From the NCBI GenBank assembly GCA_963667175.2, contig CAXXXF010000006.1, positions 480,001 through 544,000 of the forward strand: a DNA stretch of 64,000 nucleotides. The letters run 5' to 3'. Origin of the DNA: Candidatus Latescibacterota bacterium. Lineage in GTDB: Bacteria > Latescibacterota > UBA2968 > GCA-2709665. Of the stretch, positions 29,166 to 40,774 are shown piece by piece (position 1 is the stretch's first letter; every line of letters starts with the position of its first letter). A model generated the notes under the pieces. That model made no database searches. It saw only the letters and a list, made by a program, of their open reading frames with translations, and was not told the origin of the DNA. A program made the position numbers and the translations under genes.

Positions 29166-31220
29166 GTGGTTTTGGCAATCGATCCCAAGGATCCCAGAGA
29201 AGAGCAGGAACAGTACGAACATATCATGCCGGCGGACGCGCCGTTTGAAGATGGCTTCAATATGAAGACCCTGTGGGCGACGCTGTTCGTGGGGCTGGTG
29301 ATGCTGCCCGGCGCGATCTACCTCGGGCTGGTTACCGGACAGAATATGGCCGGCGCGTCCGAATGGGTGACCATCATCCTCTTCCTGGAGATCGCAAAGC
29401 GGTCCTTTGTGCGGCTGAAAACACAGGAGGTCCTGGTCATCTACTGGGTCGCCGGCGGGCTGCTTGGCGTGGGTGTGCGGCTGGGCAGTGCGGCGCTGGT
29501 GTACGGCGGTCCCTTCGGCGGATTGATCTGGGACCAATACCTGATCCAATCTCCGGCGGCGAGGGGCCTCGCGGATTATATCCCGGACTGGGTGGTTCCC
29601 CGGATCAGCGAACATCCGGAAATCTACGCGGAACGGACGTTTCTTCACGCCGCGTGGCTGAAGCCCATAGGCATCCTCGTCGCGTTGACGCTCTTGAGCA
29701 ATACCGCAAGACTGTCGCTTGGGTACGTGATGTTTCGTATTACGAGCGACATCGAACGGTTGCCGTTTCCGCTGGCGCCGGTACAGGCCCGCGGGGCCAC
29801 GGCGCTTGCCGAGACATCGGCCAAGCAGGAGGGCTGGAGATGGCGGGTATTCAGTACCGGCGCGTGCATCGGACTGGTCTGGGGCCTGCTCTACGTTGTT
29901 GTCCCGACGCTTTCCAGCATCTTCCTGACCGATACGGTCCAGATTCTTCCCATTCCCTGGATCGATTTTACGGAACAGATCAAAACCATCCTGCCTGCCG
30001 CGCTGTTTGGCATTGCAACCGACCTGGGACACCTGATTGTCGGATTCGTGCTGCCGTTCTGGGTGGTGATCGGGTCGTTTGCCGGCGCCGTCCTGGGCAA
30101 CCTGGTTGTCAATCCGTTTCTCTACAAATACGAGATCCTGGACCGCTGGTCTGCCGGGATGACGGCAATCCCGACGTCGATCTCCAACCAGTTCGACTTC
30201 TGGCTGAGTTTCGGAATCGGCACGTCGTTCGTCATCGCGTTCACGGGATTTTACCAGGTGTTTCGGGTGCTTGCGGAACAACGCCGTCAGAAACGGGAAA
30301 CAGGACGTCATACAACGGGCATCGACCTCGAAGACCTGCCGGAGGGCCGATCGGATATGAAGATGATCTACCCGATTCTGGCCTGGGGCGCCGCCACGCT
30401 GGGCTTCATTGTGATGTGCCAGATGCTGGTTCCTGAATTCCACTGGGGCTGGGTCGTGTTCTTCGGACTCATCTACACGCCGATATCTTCTTATATCGGC
30501 GCACGAATGATCGGCCTGACCGGAAGTCCGTACGGGGCGAGTATTCCCTACTTGCGGGAGGCGGGGATTCTTCTGTCCGGGTACAAGGGCGTCGCGGTCT
30601 GGTTCGCGCCCCTTCCCCTGCACGACCACGGCCTCGCCGTCCCCACGTATAAACAGATGGAGTTGACCAAAACGAAATTTGTCAGTTACGTGAAATTGAC
30701 CGCGGTGACCATGGTCGTCATTTTCATCTTCAGCTTCATCTTTTGGGAATTCATCTGGCGACTGGGGCCCATCCCCTCGTCAAGCTATTACTACGTGCAG
30801 ACTTTCTGGCCATACGACGCCACCATGACCACGATGTGGCTGAAGTCGACCATGCCGGACCTCGAAGGTCAGGGAACCGTTGGCGTCGAGCTCCTTAAAG
30901 ACATCATCAAGCCGGAAATCATCGGCGCGGGTTTCGCCGTCGGCGGCCTCATGTACCTGATTCTGGCCGCGTTGAAGGCGCCGACGCTGTTCTTCTTCGG
31001 ATTCGTGGGCTCGCTCGCCACGTGGCCGCATTTCGTGATTCTGCAGTTTGCCGGCGCACTGCTTGGACGATACTACTTCTCCAGGCGTTTCGGGGAATCC
31101 AAGTGGCGGGCGTACGCGCCCATCCTCCTGGCCGGATATTACTGCGGCATGGGACTCATCGGGATGACGTCGGTTTCGGTCGTGCTGATTTCAAAGGCCG
31201 TCTCCCAGGTCGTCTTCTAG
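29166..31220 (+). CDS. OPT-like (oligopeptide transporter-like) polytopic membrane protein
   Basis: Many TM helices; ERLPFPLAPV motif similar to OPT LxFP; RBS GAGGAGG. Confidence 0.72.
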   Translation: MVLAIDPKDPREEQEQYEHIMPADAPFEDGFNMKTLWATLFVGLVMLPGAIYLGLVTGQNMAGASEWVTIILFLEIAKRSFVRLKTQEVLVIYWVAGGLLGVGVRLGSAALVYGGPFGGLIWDQYLIQSPAARGLADYIPDWVVPRISEHPEIYAERTFLHAAWLKPIGILVALTLLSNTARLSLGYVMFRITSDIERLPFPLAPVQARGATALAETSAKQEGWRWRVFSTGACIGLVWGLLYVVVPTLSSIFLTDTVQILPIPWIDFTEQIKTILPAALFGIATDLGHLIVGFVLPFWVVIGSFAGAVLGNLVVNPFLYKYEILDRWSAGMTAIPTSISNQFDFWLSFGIGTSFVIAFTGFYQVFRVLAEQRRQKRETGRHTTGIDLEDLPEGRSDMKMIYPILAWGAATLGFIVMCQMLVPEFHWGWVVFFGLIYTPISSYIGARMIGLTGSPYGASIPYLREAGILLSGYKGVAVWFAPLPLHDHGLAVPTYKQMELTKTKFVSYVKLTAVTMVVIFIFSFIFWEFIWRLGPIPSSSYYYVQTFWPYDATMTTMWLKSTMPDLEGQGTVGVELLKDIIKPEIIGAGFAVGGLMYLILAALKAPTLFFFGFVGSLATWPHFVILQFAGALLGRYYFSRRFGESKWRAYAPILLAGYYCGMGLIGMTSVSVVLISKAVSQVVF

Positions 31221-31348
31221 TCCGCAAACCTGCATTCCACAATGGAACGCCGCCCGGATTCCGACTGTCTAATGAAGTTACCGAAGAGGGCGAATCCGGG
31301 CGGAATCACGTCCGGCCGACGTGGAACACCACTTACGGGGAGGCGAAG

Positions 31349-31822
31349 ATGAGAGTTGGTAGTGCAGTCGCGGGAATGACGCTCATTGCCTGTATGGTAT
31401 TCGCGATTGCCTTGGAGGCGACGGCACAGCCGGACAGACGCGGCGGACGTGGACGCGGCGGCCGAGGCGGAGGCGCAAGGCTTCGAATGATGCTGCCCCT
31501 CGAACAGACGCTGGGTTTTCTGGCCTTCGACAAAAAGCTCGCCTTAAAGGACAATCAGCTGATCAAGATCCGCAGCGATCTCAAGGATATCCACGCAAAG
31601 CGCGCCGAACTGGAAAAGCAGATGCGGAGCGGCGCCGACAGGCAGCAACTGATGCAGAAGCTTGGTGGGATTCGGGGCGCGATGTTTGAAAAAATAAAGG
31701 CCGTTCTGGACGATCGACAGGACAAGATTCTTGACAGATACCTGGAAAGAACGCCGCGGGGGTTTCAACGCGGACGCGGGGGCGGACGGCGGGGAGGCGG
31801 CCCTCCCGGCGGCGGCGTTTGA
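31349..31822 (+). CDS. Small exported helical protein with Gly/Arg-rich termini (Spy/CpxP-like)
   Basis: RBS GGGGAGG; signal peptide ...EATA-Q; LALKDNQ..KI and VLDDRQ repeats. Confidence 0.7.
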   Translation: MRVGSAVAGMTLIACMVFAIALEATAQPDRRGGRGRGGRGGGARLRMMLPLEQTLGFLAFDKKLALKDNQLIKIRSDLKDIHAKRAELEKQMRSGADRQQLMQKLGGIRGAMFEKIKAVLDDRQDKILDRYLERTPRGFQRGRGGGRRGGGPPGGGV

Positions 31823-31851
31823 CGCGATCATTCCCCGCAATGATCGATGAT

Positions 31852-31882
31852 ACGGCGGCTCCCGGCGGGGTCGCCGTTTTTT
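31852..31882 (+). terminator. Rho-independent terminator
   Basis: ACGGCGGCTCCC-GGC-GGGGTCGCCGT followed by a T run. Confidence 0.7.
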
Positions 31883-32010
31883 GACAGATTCCGGGATCCA
31901 CTCAGGCGCGGCCGTACTGCTTCAAAGAAAAACAACAGGATTCTTCGAAATCTGAAAGGTTATTTTCTAAGTAGCTTCTAAGTGGCTGCGGCCTTGAGGA
32001 ACCCATTCAG

Positions 32011-33396
32011 ATGAATCTCCAGGCGGTCGGGGAACGGCTCGACAAACCGTTCACGTTTGCCGTTGTGGGCGACACCCATTTTCTGCATCCGAAGTTCGGC
32101 CGGCAGACAGACGGGTCCGGCGTTTCGTTTCGCCCGTTGCAGGTTGACCAGTATCTCGAAAGCGTCCAATACGTCCTGATGCCGATGATGGCTTCGCTCA
32201 AGGAAGCGTCTCCGGCCTTTCTTGTGATCACCGGGGACGTGGTGGAGGGACATCAGGACGTCGAACTCTCCATCGATGAGATTAAGGAAGGGCTGGAATT
32301 CTTCGAGGGATATGGAATTCCGCTTCTGTTCGCGTGCGGAAACAGAGACCGCGTCGAGGCATTCGACGGCGTTGTTCGACCGTATCTTGGCCGCTGGCTG
32401 GGCAGCACCCCCCACGAGCGGTTTTTCTTTCTGGACATTGCCGGTTGCCGGCTGGTATTCCTCGACACGCCCGCCTGGACGCGGAACGGCACACAACGAA
32501 AGTGGCTGGAATGCACGTTGGGTTCGCGGGAGGATGCGGGAATCGACCGGACGTTTCTGTTCGGACACCATCCGGTCTGGCCGATGGCAAGGGCCTTTTT
32601 CACCAGCCTCGACCTCCATCTCGATATGCCCGAAATACTGCGCGAGCATCCCGTAGACGCCTTTTTCTGCGGGCATACACACAACCAGAGCGTGTTGCTT
32701 CACCGTACGGATGGGCGACCCGTTCTGCAATGCATGTGCGCTTCCATCGGCCTTTCCAGTGAGATGCCGACGCCGCTGGATCGCGTGCAAAACCTGCTGC
32801 CCTATCCCCGGGACGTGCTTGGCTGTTGGCCCGGATATCTCGAGAATACGGCGCCTGGATGGTTTATTGTCCACGTCCGCGAAACGTCCGTCGAAGCCGA
32901 ATGGCATCACCTCAACCGGGGAGTTGAAACACGACTCGCCTGGCATCGACCCGGGGATCTTTCGACGTTCGAGAAAATGGAACACCCACCCGATGCGCGC
33001 CTGATTTACGATGACCTGAACCATATCCGGCGCGTTTCCCTGCGGTTCTGCGGATGGCATGCCTTGCGCGAGGACAAGCAGGTTTTCCTCAATGGCGAAC
33101 CGATCGGCCGCCTGCCTCCCGCAAACGACTATGCGCCGATCCGGATGGATTTGCCGGCCGGATGTATTGAACGTCTTCGCATGGAGAATCGGATCGAGAT
33201 CCAGGTTGCCCGGAACGATGCATGTACTCTTGGAAATTTCGCGCTCGAAGCGGTCCTGCCCGGTGGACGATTCGTGAGAACCCGGCCCACCGGTGAAATA
33301 TTCACCTGGTCCGACCGGTGGGGCGCGTGGAATTCCAACTGGCTGCAGAAAATGAAACCCGGACGGGCGGCCACGACTCTGCTGTGCTTTCAGTGA
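32011..33396 (+). CDS. Calcineurin-like metallophosphoesterase with C-terminal extra domain
   Basis: GDTH, TGD, GNRD, GHHP and GHTH motifs. Confidence 0.85.
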   Translation: MNLQAVGERLDKPFTFAVVGDTHFLHPKFGRQTDGSGVSFRPLQVDQYLESVQYVLMPMMASLKEASPAFLVITGDVVEGHQDVELSIDEIKEGLEFFEGYGIPLLFACGNRDRVEAFDGVVRPYLGRWLGSTPHERFFFLDIAGCRLVFLDTPAWTRNGTQRKWLECTLGSREDAGIDRTFLFGHHPVWPMARAFFTSLDLHLDMPEILREHPVDAFFCGHTHNQSVLLHRTDGRPVLQCMCASIGLSSEMPTPLDRVQNLLPYPRDVLGCWPGYLENTAPGWFIVHVRETSVEAEWHHLNRGVETRLAWHRPGDLSTFEKMEHPPDARLIYDDLNHIRRVSLRFCGWHALREDKQVFLNGEPIGRLPPANDYAPIRMDLPAGCIERLRMENRIEIQVARNDACTLGNFALEAVLPGGRFVRTRPTGEIFTWSDRWGAWNSNWLQKMKPGRAATTLLCFQ

Positions 33397-33423
33397 ATCC
33401 GCGCCAGGATTTCGGAAGTTGCC

Positions 33424-35502
<2,079 letters not shown>

Positions 35503-35563
35503 GAAACGCGATGGCGCCAGTCGCGGACGCTAACGGCACCAAAATCCCCGACAGGAGGTTGTG

Positions 35564-36109
35564 ATGGCATCGGTACTGGTGGTAGGAGATGGTCCTGGCG
35601 GCTTGAGTGCGGCCCTGTTTCTGGCCAAAAACGGCATGGACGTGGCGGTGTTCGGGCAGGACTCGACGCCCATGCATAAGGCCATGCTCTACAATTATCT
35701 GGGCATTCCGGAGTTGACCGGGAGCGAATTTCAACGCGTTTCACGGGACCAGGTGAAAGCACAGGGGGCTCGCATCGAAGACGTGCAGGTCTCCGGTATC
35801 GAAAAATCCGGAAACGGATTCACGCTGACTACCGAGGGCGGGGCCACCCACGAAGGGGACTATCTGATCCTGGCGGCGGGCGCCAACGTGAAGCTGGGCG
35901 TGAGTATGGGCCTGGAGCGAGGACCGGACGGGCTGGTATGCGACCGGGACGGACGCACGGCGGTTAAAGGCCTGTACGTCGTGGGATGGAGTACGCGTCT
36001 GCGGAAGACACAGGCGATCATTTCCGCCGGTCAGGGAGCCTCCACCGCGCTCGACATTCTATCGGCCGAAGCGGGAGAGGACGTACACGATTTCGACGTG
36101 GTGTCGTGA
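35564..36109 (+). CDS. Short FAD-dependent oxidoreductase (thioredoxin reductase-like)
   Basis: VVGDGPGGLSAA, NYLG and QAIISAGQG motifs; RBS AGGAGG. Confidence 0.85.
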   Translation: MASVLVVGDGPGGLSAALFLAKNGMDVAVFGQDSTPMHKAMLYNYLGIPELTGSEFQRVSRDQVKAQGARIEDVQVSGIEKSGNGFTLTTEGGATHEGDYLILAAGANVKLGVSMGLERGPDGLVCDRDGRTAVKGLYVVGWSTRLRKTQAIISAGQGASTALDILSAEAGEDVHDFDVVS

Positions 36110-36219
36110 CGCAATCGGGAAACGACCGTTGCACGATTCGGACGCGTCGAAACCGAGGTGGCTCGACCGCCGGTGGTGTAAACGTCACTCCTGGAGGACG
36201 GGCGTCTGTCTCCGGTCGG

Positions 36220-36789
36220 TCAAAAGTACCTGGGCGACCTGCGTGGCGGGGCCGGTCGGGGAGGCGCGTCCTTTTCCGGGATGCCGTGGCTGTCCATGAT
36301 GCCGCGTACCACGTGGACCGGAAGGCCCATCCGGACGGCCAGTGCCATCGAATCACTCGGACGCGCGTCGATTTTGAACGTCGTCCCATCCGGACTCTGC
36401 AAGGTAAGAACGGCAAAATACGTACTCCTCAGCCCCGCTTCTTCCAGCGGGCGAAGTTCGTCGATCACGATGGACCGAAGACGGACTCCGGCCTCCTTCA
36501 TGACGTTGTGAAACAGGTCGTGGGTGAAGGGACGTGGAAACGTCTCATCGTTCAGCTTGCGCCAGATTGCCATCGCTTCGCATGGTCCGATCCAGATGGG
36601 CAGAAGTCTGCCGGTCTCGCTGTCGCGCAGAAAAACGACATACTGATCGTCCGAATCCCGCCCGACCTGATGGACCTCGGCTTTGACGAGGTCCCTTTCC
36701 TCCGGATCTGCCGGCGGCGCGAGGACAGGCCTCGGACACATCCAGAACGCGCAGAGAAACAACACCGAAATACGGCATCTATGGCGCAT
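36220..36789 (-). CDS. Bifunctional nuclease (DUF151) family protein
   Basis: LPIWIGPCEA, PRPFTHDL and IDARPSDSMALA motifs. Confidence 0.9.
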   Translation of the reverse strand: MRHRCRISVLFLCAFWMCPRPVLAPPADPEERDLVKAEVHQVGRDSDDQYVVFLRDSETGRLLPIWIGPCEAMAIWRKLNDETFPRPFTHDLFHNVMKEAGVRLRSIVIDELRPLEEAGLRSTYFAVLTLQSPDGTTFKIDARPSDSMALAVRMGLPVHVVRGIMDSHGIPEKDAPPRPAPPRRSPRYF

Positions 36790-36915
36790 CTTGATTCCTT
36801 TCAGTGCGTGAGAGACCGGCGCTGGTTCACATGAATTCTGTGGCTTTTCCGAATATACGCCGGCGCTTTTCCGGTAGCAATTCGAAATTTCCGCAGTGGC
36901 GCCGCGGTTCGCCGG

Positions 36916-36944
36916 TTGACACGCGCCATCCGATATGCTATCTT
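36916..36944 (+). promoter_or_regulatory. Sigma70-type promoter for the yicC-gmk operon
   Basis: TTGACA (36916-36921), 17 nt ending TGC, TATCTT (36939-36944). Confidence 0.7.
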
Positions 36945-36996
36945 TATAAGTTTCAGAATTTTACACCATCGGTGCGGCGCAGAGACGGGAGAACGC

Positions 36997-37875
36997 ATGG
37001 TTGTCAGCATGACGGGGTTCGGGAGGGGTGAAGCCGAAACCAACGGATTTCGCGCCACGGTCGAGGTAAAATCGGTCAACGGGCGTTACGGCGAGGTATC
37101 CGTCTATCTGCCCGGACAACTGTCTGCCCTGGAACACCGGATCAAAGACCTCGTGCTTGGGGTTCTTTCACGCGGCCACGTTCGCGTCTCGCTGAACCTG
37201 GACGGCGACGCGCTTGGACAGGGTATACCGGTTCTGAACGAGCGGGTCTTCGAAGGGTATCGGAACGGGCTCGTTCGGCTTCAATCGCGCCTGGGGCTTT
37301 CAGATGCGCCCGATCCCATGCAGGTGGCGCTGATGCCGAACGTATTTGAAATCGAACCCTGGGCGCCGGATCCGGACGCCGTCTGGAAGGTGGTCGCGCC
37401 GGCCTGCGAACAGGCGGTAGCCCAATGTCAGTCGATGCGAACCAGAGAGGGAGGGCGGCTGGCGGAAGATTTCGTCCGGCGGGTTCAACACCTTGAGGAT
37501 ATGATCACGCAGATCCGGAAGCAGGCGCCTCACCAGGTCGAGTCCGCCCGCAGACGGCTCGATGGAAAACTCCGGGAACTCATCGCCCCGGAACTGGTCG
37601 ACCGGAACCGTCTGATTACGGAAATCGCCGTGCTTGCCGAACGAATGGACGTTACCGAGGAAACGGTCCGTTTCCTTAGCCACAATGAACAGTTTCTGAA
37701 AACACTCGACCGCGACGAGCCGATCGGCAGGCGCCTGAATTTTCTGCTCCAGGAGATGCTCAGGGAAGCGAATACGATCGGGTCCAAAACCGGCGACGTG
37801 GAGATCTCGCATCTGGTGGTCGACGTCAAGGAAGAAATCGAGAAGCTTAAAGAGCAGGTTCAGAATATCGAATAA
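36997..37875 (+). CDS. yicC: YicC/YloC endoribonuclease
   Basis: SMTGFG, EVKSVN, GRRLNFLLQEMLREANTIGSK and EQVQNIE motifs. Confidence 0.95.
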   Translation: MVVSMTGFGRGEAETNGFRATVEVKSVNGRYGEVSVYLPGQLSALEHRIKDLVLGVLSRGHVRVSLNLDGDALGQGIPVLNERVFEGYRNGLVRLQSRLGLSDAPDPMQVALMPNVFEIEPWAPDPDAVWKVVAPACEQAVAQCQSMRTREGGRLAEDFVRRVQHLEDMITQIRKQAPHQVESARRRLDGKLRELIAPELVDRNRLITEIAVLAERMDVTEETVRFLSHNEQFLKTLDRDEPIGRRLNFLLQEMLREANTIGSKTGDVEISHLVVDVKEEIEKLKEQVQNIE

Positions 37876-37895
37876 CGGCGGGGTCGGTTTCGCAG

Positions 37896-38561
37896 ATGGA
37901 AGAATCGATTGGAATTGACGTCCTTCAGGACCGGCTCGATTGCAATCCCGGCTCGTTCGCCCTGGTGCTTTCAGGTCCTGCCGGCGCCGGAAAGACGTCA
38001 ATCGGCCAGGGACTTCTCTCTCGAGACGCCTCCCTGCAGAGGTGCGTGACCACAACCACCCGCGCGAAGCGTCCCGACGAGACGGACGGCGTGGACTACC
38101 ATTTCGTTTCGGAAGGGGCGTTTCGATCCAGGTTGAAACAGGGGTGTTTTCTCGAATGGGCGGAGGTCTATGGCTGTCTCTATGGGGCGACCTTCGAGGC
38201 GGCTGCGCGTGCAATCGGAAACGGCGGGGTACTGCTGCTCGTCGTAGACGTCCAGGGCGCGGCGGCGTGGAAGCGTGCGCTCGATGAACGTTGCGTAAGC
38301 GTGTTCGTACTGCCTCCTTCGGCCACCGTGCTGGAAGAGCGCCTGCGAGCGCGCCGGTCGGAAGGGGCCGGGGCCCTGTCCTTGAGGCTGAAAAACGCAC
38401 GAACGGAACTTGCCAGGGCCGAGGAGTTTGATTATCTGGTCGTCAATACTGATCTGGATCGTGCCATCGCCGACGTTGAGGGCATGATTCGCGTCGAACG
38501 TCGCAGGCCCCGCCGAACGCCCGATCTTCTCACCGAATTCGAACGAGGGATCGCGCCCTGA
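37896..38561 (+). CDS. gmk: Guanylate kinase
   Basis: SGPAGAGKT, TTRAKR..E.DGVDYHF, FLEWAEV and DVQGA motifs. Confidence 0.95.
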   Translation: MEESIGIDVLQDRLDCNPGSFALVLSGPAGAGKTSIGQGLLSRDASLQRCVTTTTRAKRPDETDGVDYHFVSEGAFRSRLKQGCFLEWAEVYGCLYGATFEAAARAIGNGGVLLLVVDVQGAAAWKRALDERCVSVFVLPPSATVLEERLRARRSEGAGALSLRLKNARTELARAEEFDYLVVNTDLDRAIADVEGMIRVERRRPRRTPDLLTEFERGIAP

Positions 38562-38661
38562 CGCCGGATCATATAAGACAGTCACAACAGGATGAATATC
38601 AGAGGATTTTTTTATTTCCCAAGAGACGTTGCGGCACACACGAACGGAGGTTCGTCCATCC

Positions 38662-38922
38662 ATGTCACGGATTTTCTTTCTGGAAGAGATCAGCAACGAC
38701 GAAATGAACCCGTACGAGGCGGTCAGCGCCGCGTCGAGGGAGTCCCGTCGGATCAATCAGGCCCGGATGGCCAGGGACGTGTCCGGAGAGGCGGAAAAAC
38801 CCACAACGCTGTCGCTCGATCGCCTTTCGACGGGAAAAGTGCAGGTTTCGTACGAGGGCGACGCGGAGTTGGAAGCGGAACATGACAGTGCCGGCGAAGA
38901 TGAGGATCCTTCTGGGAATTAG
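38662..38922 (+). CDS. rpoZ: RNA polymerase omega subunit
   Basis: NPYEAVSAASRESRRIN...KPTTLSL; conserved gmk-rpoZ-coaBC order. Confidence 0.8.
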   Translation: MSRIFFLEEISNDEMNPYEAVSAASRESRRINQARMARDVSGEAEKPTTLSLDRLSTGKVQVSYEGDAELEAEHDSAGEDEDPSGN

Positions 38923-40081
38923 CGGCGGGATTGCCGCCTACAAGGGTGTTGACGTGCTTCGCGGCCTGCAGCGCGAGGGCGCCGAAGTGCGGGTGGTTAT
39001 GACCGCCGCCGCACGGAAATTCATCCAGCCGATGACGTTTGAAGTGCTTTCCGGCCATCGGGTCTACACCCATCTTTTTCCTGAGACGGGTGATCCTGAG
39101 GTTATCCACGTTGCACTGGGCGAGTGGCCGGACCTGATCCTGATTGCGCCGGCAACCGCCAATGTCATCGGCAAGATGGCGAACGGGCTTGCGGACGACC
39201 TGCTCACGTGCACCGTGCTGTCAAGTGAGGCGCCGGTGATGGTTGCGCCCGCAATGGAATCGGCAATGTACCGGCATCCCGCTTCACAGCGCAATCTTCA
39301 GCGACTTGCCGATATGGGGTATCGTCAGATCGGTCCGGAGGAGGGCGTGCTTGCTTCGGGCCGCAGCGGACTGGGGCGGCTATCGGATCCGGAGCGAATC
39401 GTCTCGGAAGCCGTTTCCGCCGCAGCGGCATCCGGTGATCTTTCGGGCCGCAGGATCGTGGTTACCGGCGGACGGACGGAAGAAGACATCGATCCGGTTC
39501 GCTTTATCACAAACCGGTCCACGGGAAAGATGGGGTATGCGGTAGCCCGCCGCGCCAGACAGCGTGGCGCGGAAGTGGTACTGGTAAGCGGCCCGGGCAA
39601 TCTGGATCCGCCCGCGGGCGTCGACCTGATCCCGGTCAGAACGGTGTCCGAAATGCGGGCGGCGACGGAATCGGCATTCGAAGGCGCGGATGCTCTGGTT
39701 ATGACGGCGGCCGTACTGGATTTCAGGCCTCGCGTCGTCTCCGAGGGAAAGATTAAAAAAAGCGTCAACGGACTGACCCTGGATCTGGTCGCGAACGAGG
39801 ATTTTCTGGTGGAACTGGGCGCCCGGAAACGAGGCCGGGTGGTGGTCGGATTCGCTATGGAAACGGAAAATGGGCTGTCGAACGCACGCAAGAAACTGAC
39901 GGAGAAACATCTGGATCTGATTGTCCTGAACAATTTGAAGGAGGCGGGCGCCGGATTCGCTGTGGATACCAACGTGGTCACGCTGATCGACGCGGAGGGC
40001 GCGGCGGAGGCATTGCCCAAAATGGCCAAGATCGAGGTTGCCGACCGAATTCTGGACAGGATAAGTGACCGGTGGACCTAG
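38882..40081 (+). CDS. coaBC: Phosphopantothenoylcysteine decarboxylase/ligase
   Basis: GGIAAYK, APATAN, PAM, IDPVRFITNRSTGKMG and GFAME motifs. Confidence 0.97.
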   Translation: MTVPAKMRILLGISGGIAAYKGVDVLRGLQREGAEVRVVMTAAARKFIQPMTFEVLSGHRVYTHLFPETGDPEVIHVALGEWPDLILIAPATANVIGKMANGLADDLLTCTVLSSEAPVMVAPAMESAMYRHPASQRNLQRLADMGYRQIGPEEGVLASGRSGLGRLSDPERIVSEAVSAAAASGDLSGRRIVVTGGRTEEDIDPVRFITNRSTGKMGYAVARRARQRGAEVVLVSGPGNLDPPAGVDLIPVRTVSEMRAATESAFEGADALVMTAAVLDFRPRVVSEGKIKKSVNGLTLDLVANEDFLVELGARKRGRVVVGFAMETENGLSNARKKLTEKHLDLIVLNNLKEAGAGFAVDTNVVTLIDAEGAAEALPKMAKIEVADRILDRISDRWT

Positions 40082-40743
40082 ACGTCGTGGCGAGAGAGAC
40101 GCTGGAAGCGGTGCGGACGTTCGTACAGTCCCAGGCGGAGTACGGCCTGACCGATTTCAGACTCGTGCGGACGGACGCGGCGGCACAGCTTGCCGATTTT
40201 CACGACGCGATCCGCGACTGCCGGACGTGCGGGCTTTCCGAGGGACGGCGCACCGTGGTCTTCGGCAGCGGAAGCCCGAACGCGGACCTGATGTTTGTCG
40301 GCGAGGCGCCCGGAGCGGACGAAGACAGGACGGGGCTTCCGTTCGTCGGATCTGCCGGCGCATTGCTGACCCGCATGATCGAGGCCATCGGGTTTCGACG
40401 CGAGGACGTCTATATTGCCAATGTCATCAAATGCAGGCCGCCTGGGAACCGGGACCCTCTGCCGGCAGAATTGGATACGTGCAGGCCCTATCTCGAGCGG
40501 CAGATCGCGCTCATACAGCCGGTCGCCATCTGCGCGCTCGGCCGATTCGCCGCGCAGACGCTGCTGGAGACCGATGAACCGTTGGGCGAGTTGCGGGGTC
40601 GGCTGTTTTCGTACCGGGGCATTCATCTCATACCCACGTATCATCCTGCCGCACTGTTGCGAAACCGGCAATGGAAACGCCCCGCATGGCAGGATCTGCA
40701 GCTTCTCAGGCGGGTGTACGACGGCGCGTCCGCGGGTCGGTAG
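40072..40743 (+). CDS. Uracil-DNA glycosylase family 4
   Basis: Cxx[18 protein letters not shown] and YHPAA motifs. Confidence 0.95.
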   Translation: MDLDVVARETLEAVRTFVQSQAEYGLTDFRLVRTDAAAQLADFHDAIRDCRTCGLSEGRRTVVFGSGSPNADLMFVGEAPGADEDRTGLPFVGSAGALLTRMIEAIGFRREDVYIANVIKCRPPGNRDPLPAELDTCRPYLERQIALIQPVAICALGRFAAQTLLETDEPLGELRGRLFSYRGIHLIPTYHPAALLRNRQWKRPAWQDLQLLRRVYDGASAGR

Positions 40744-40774
40744 ACGGGACGCAACCCTCTTCAATTGGTATTCA

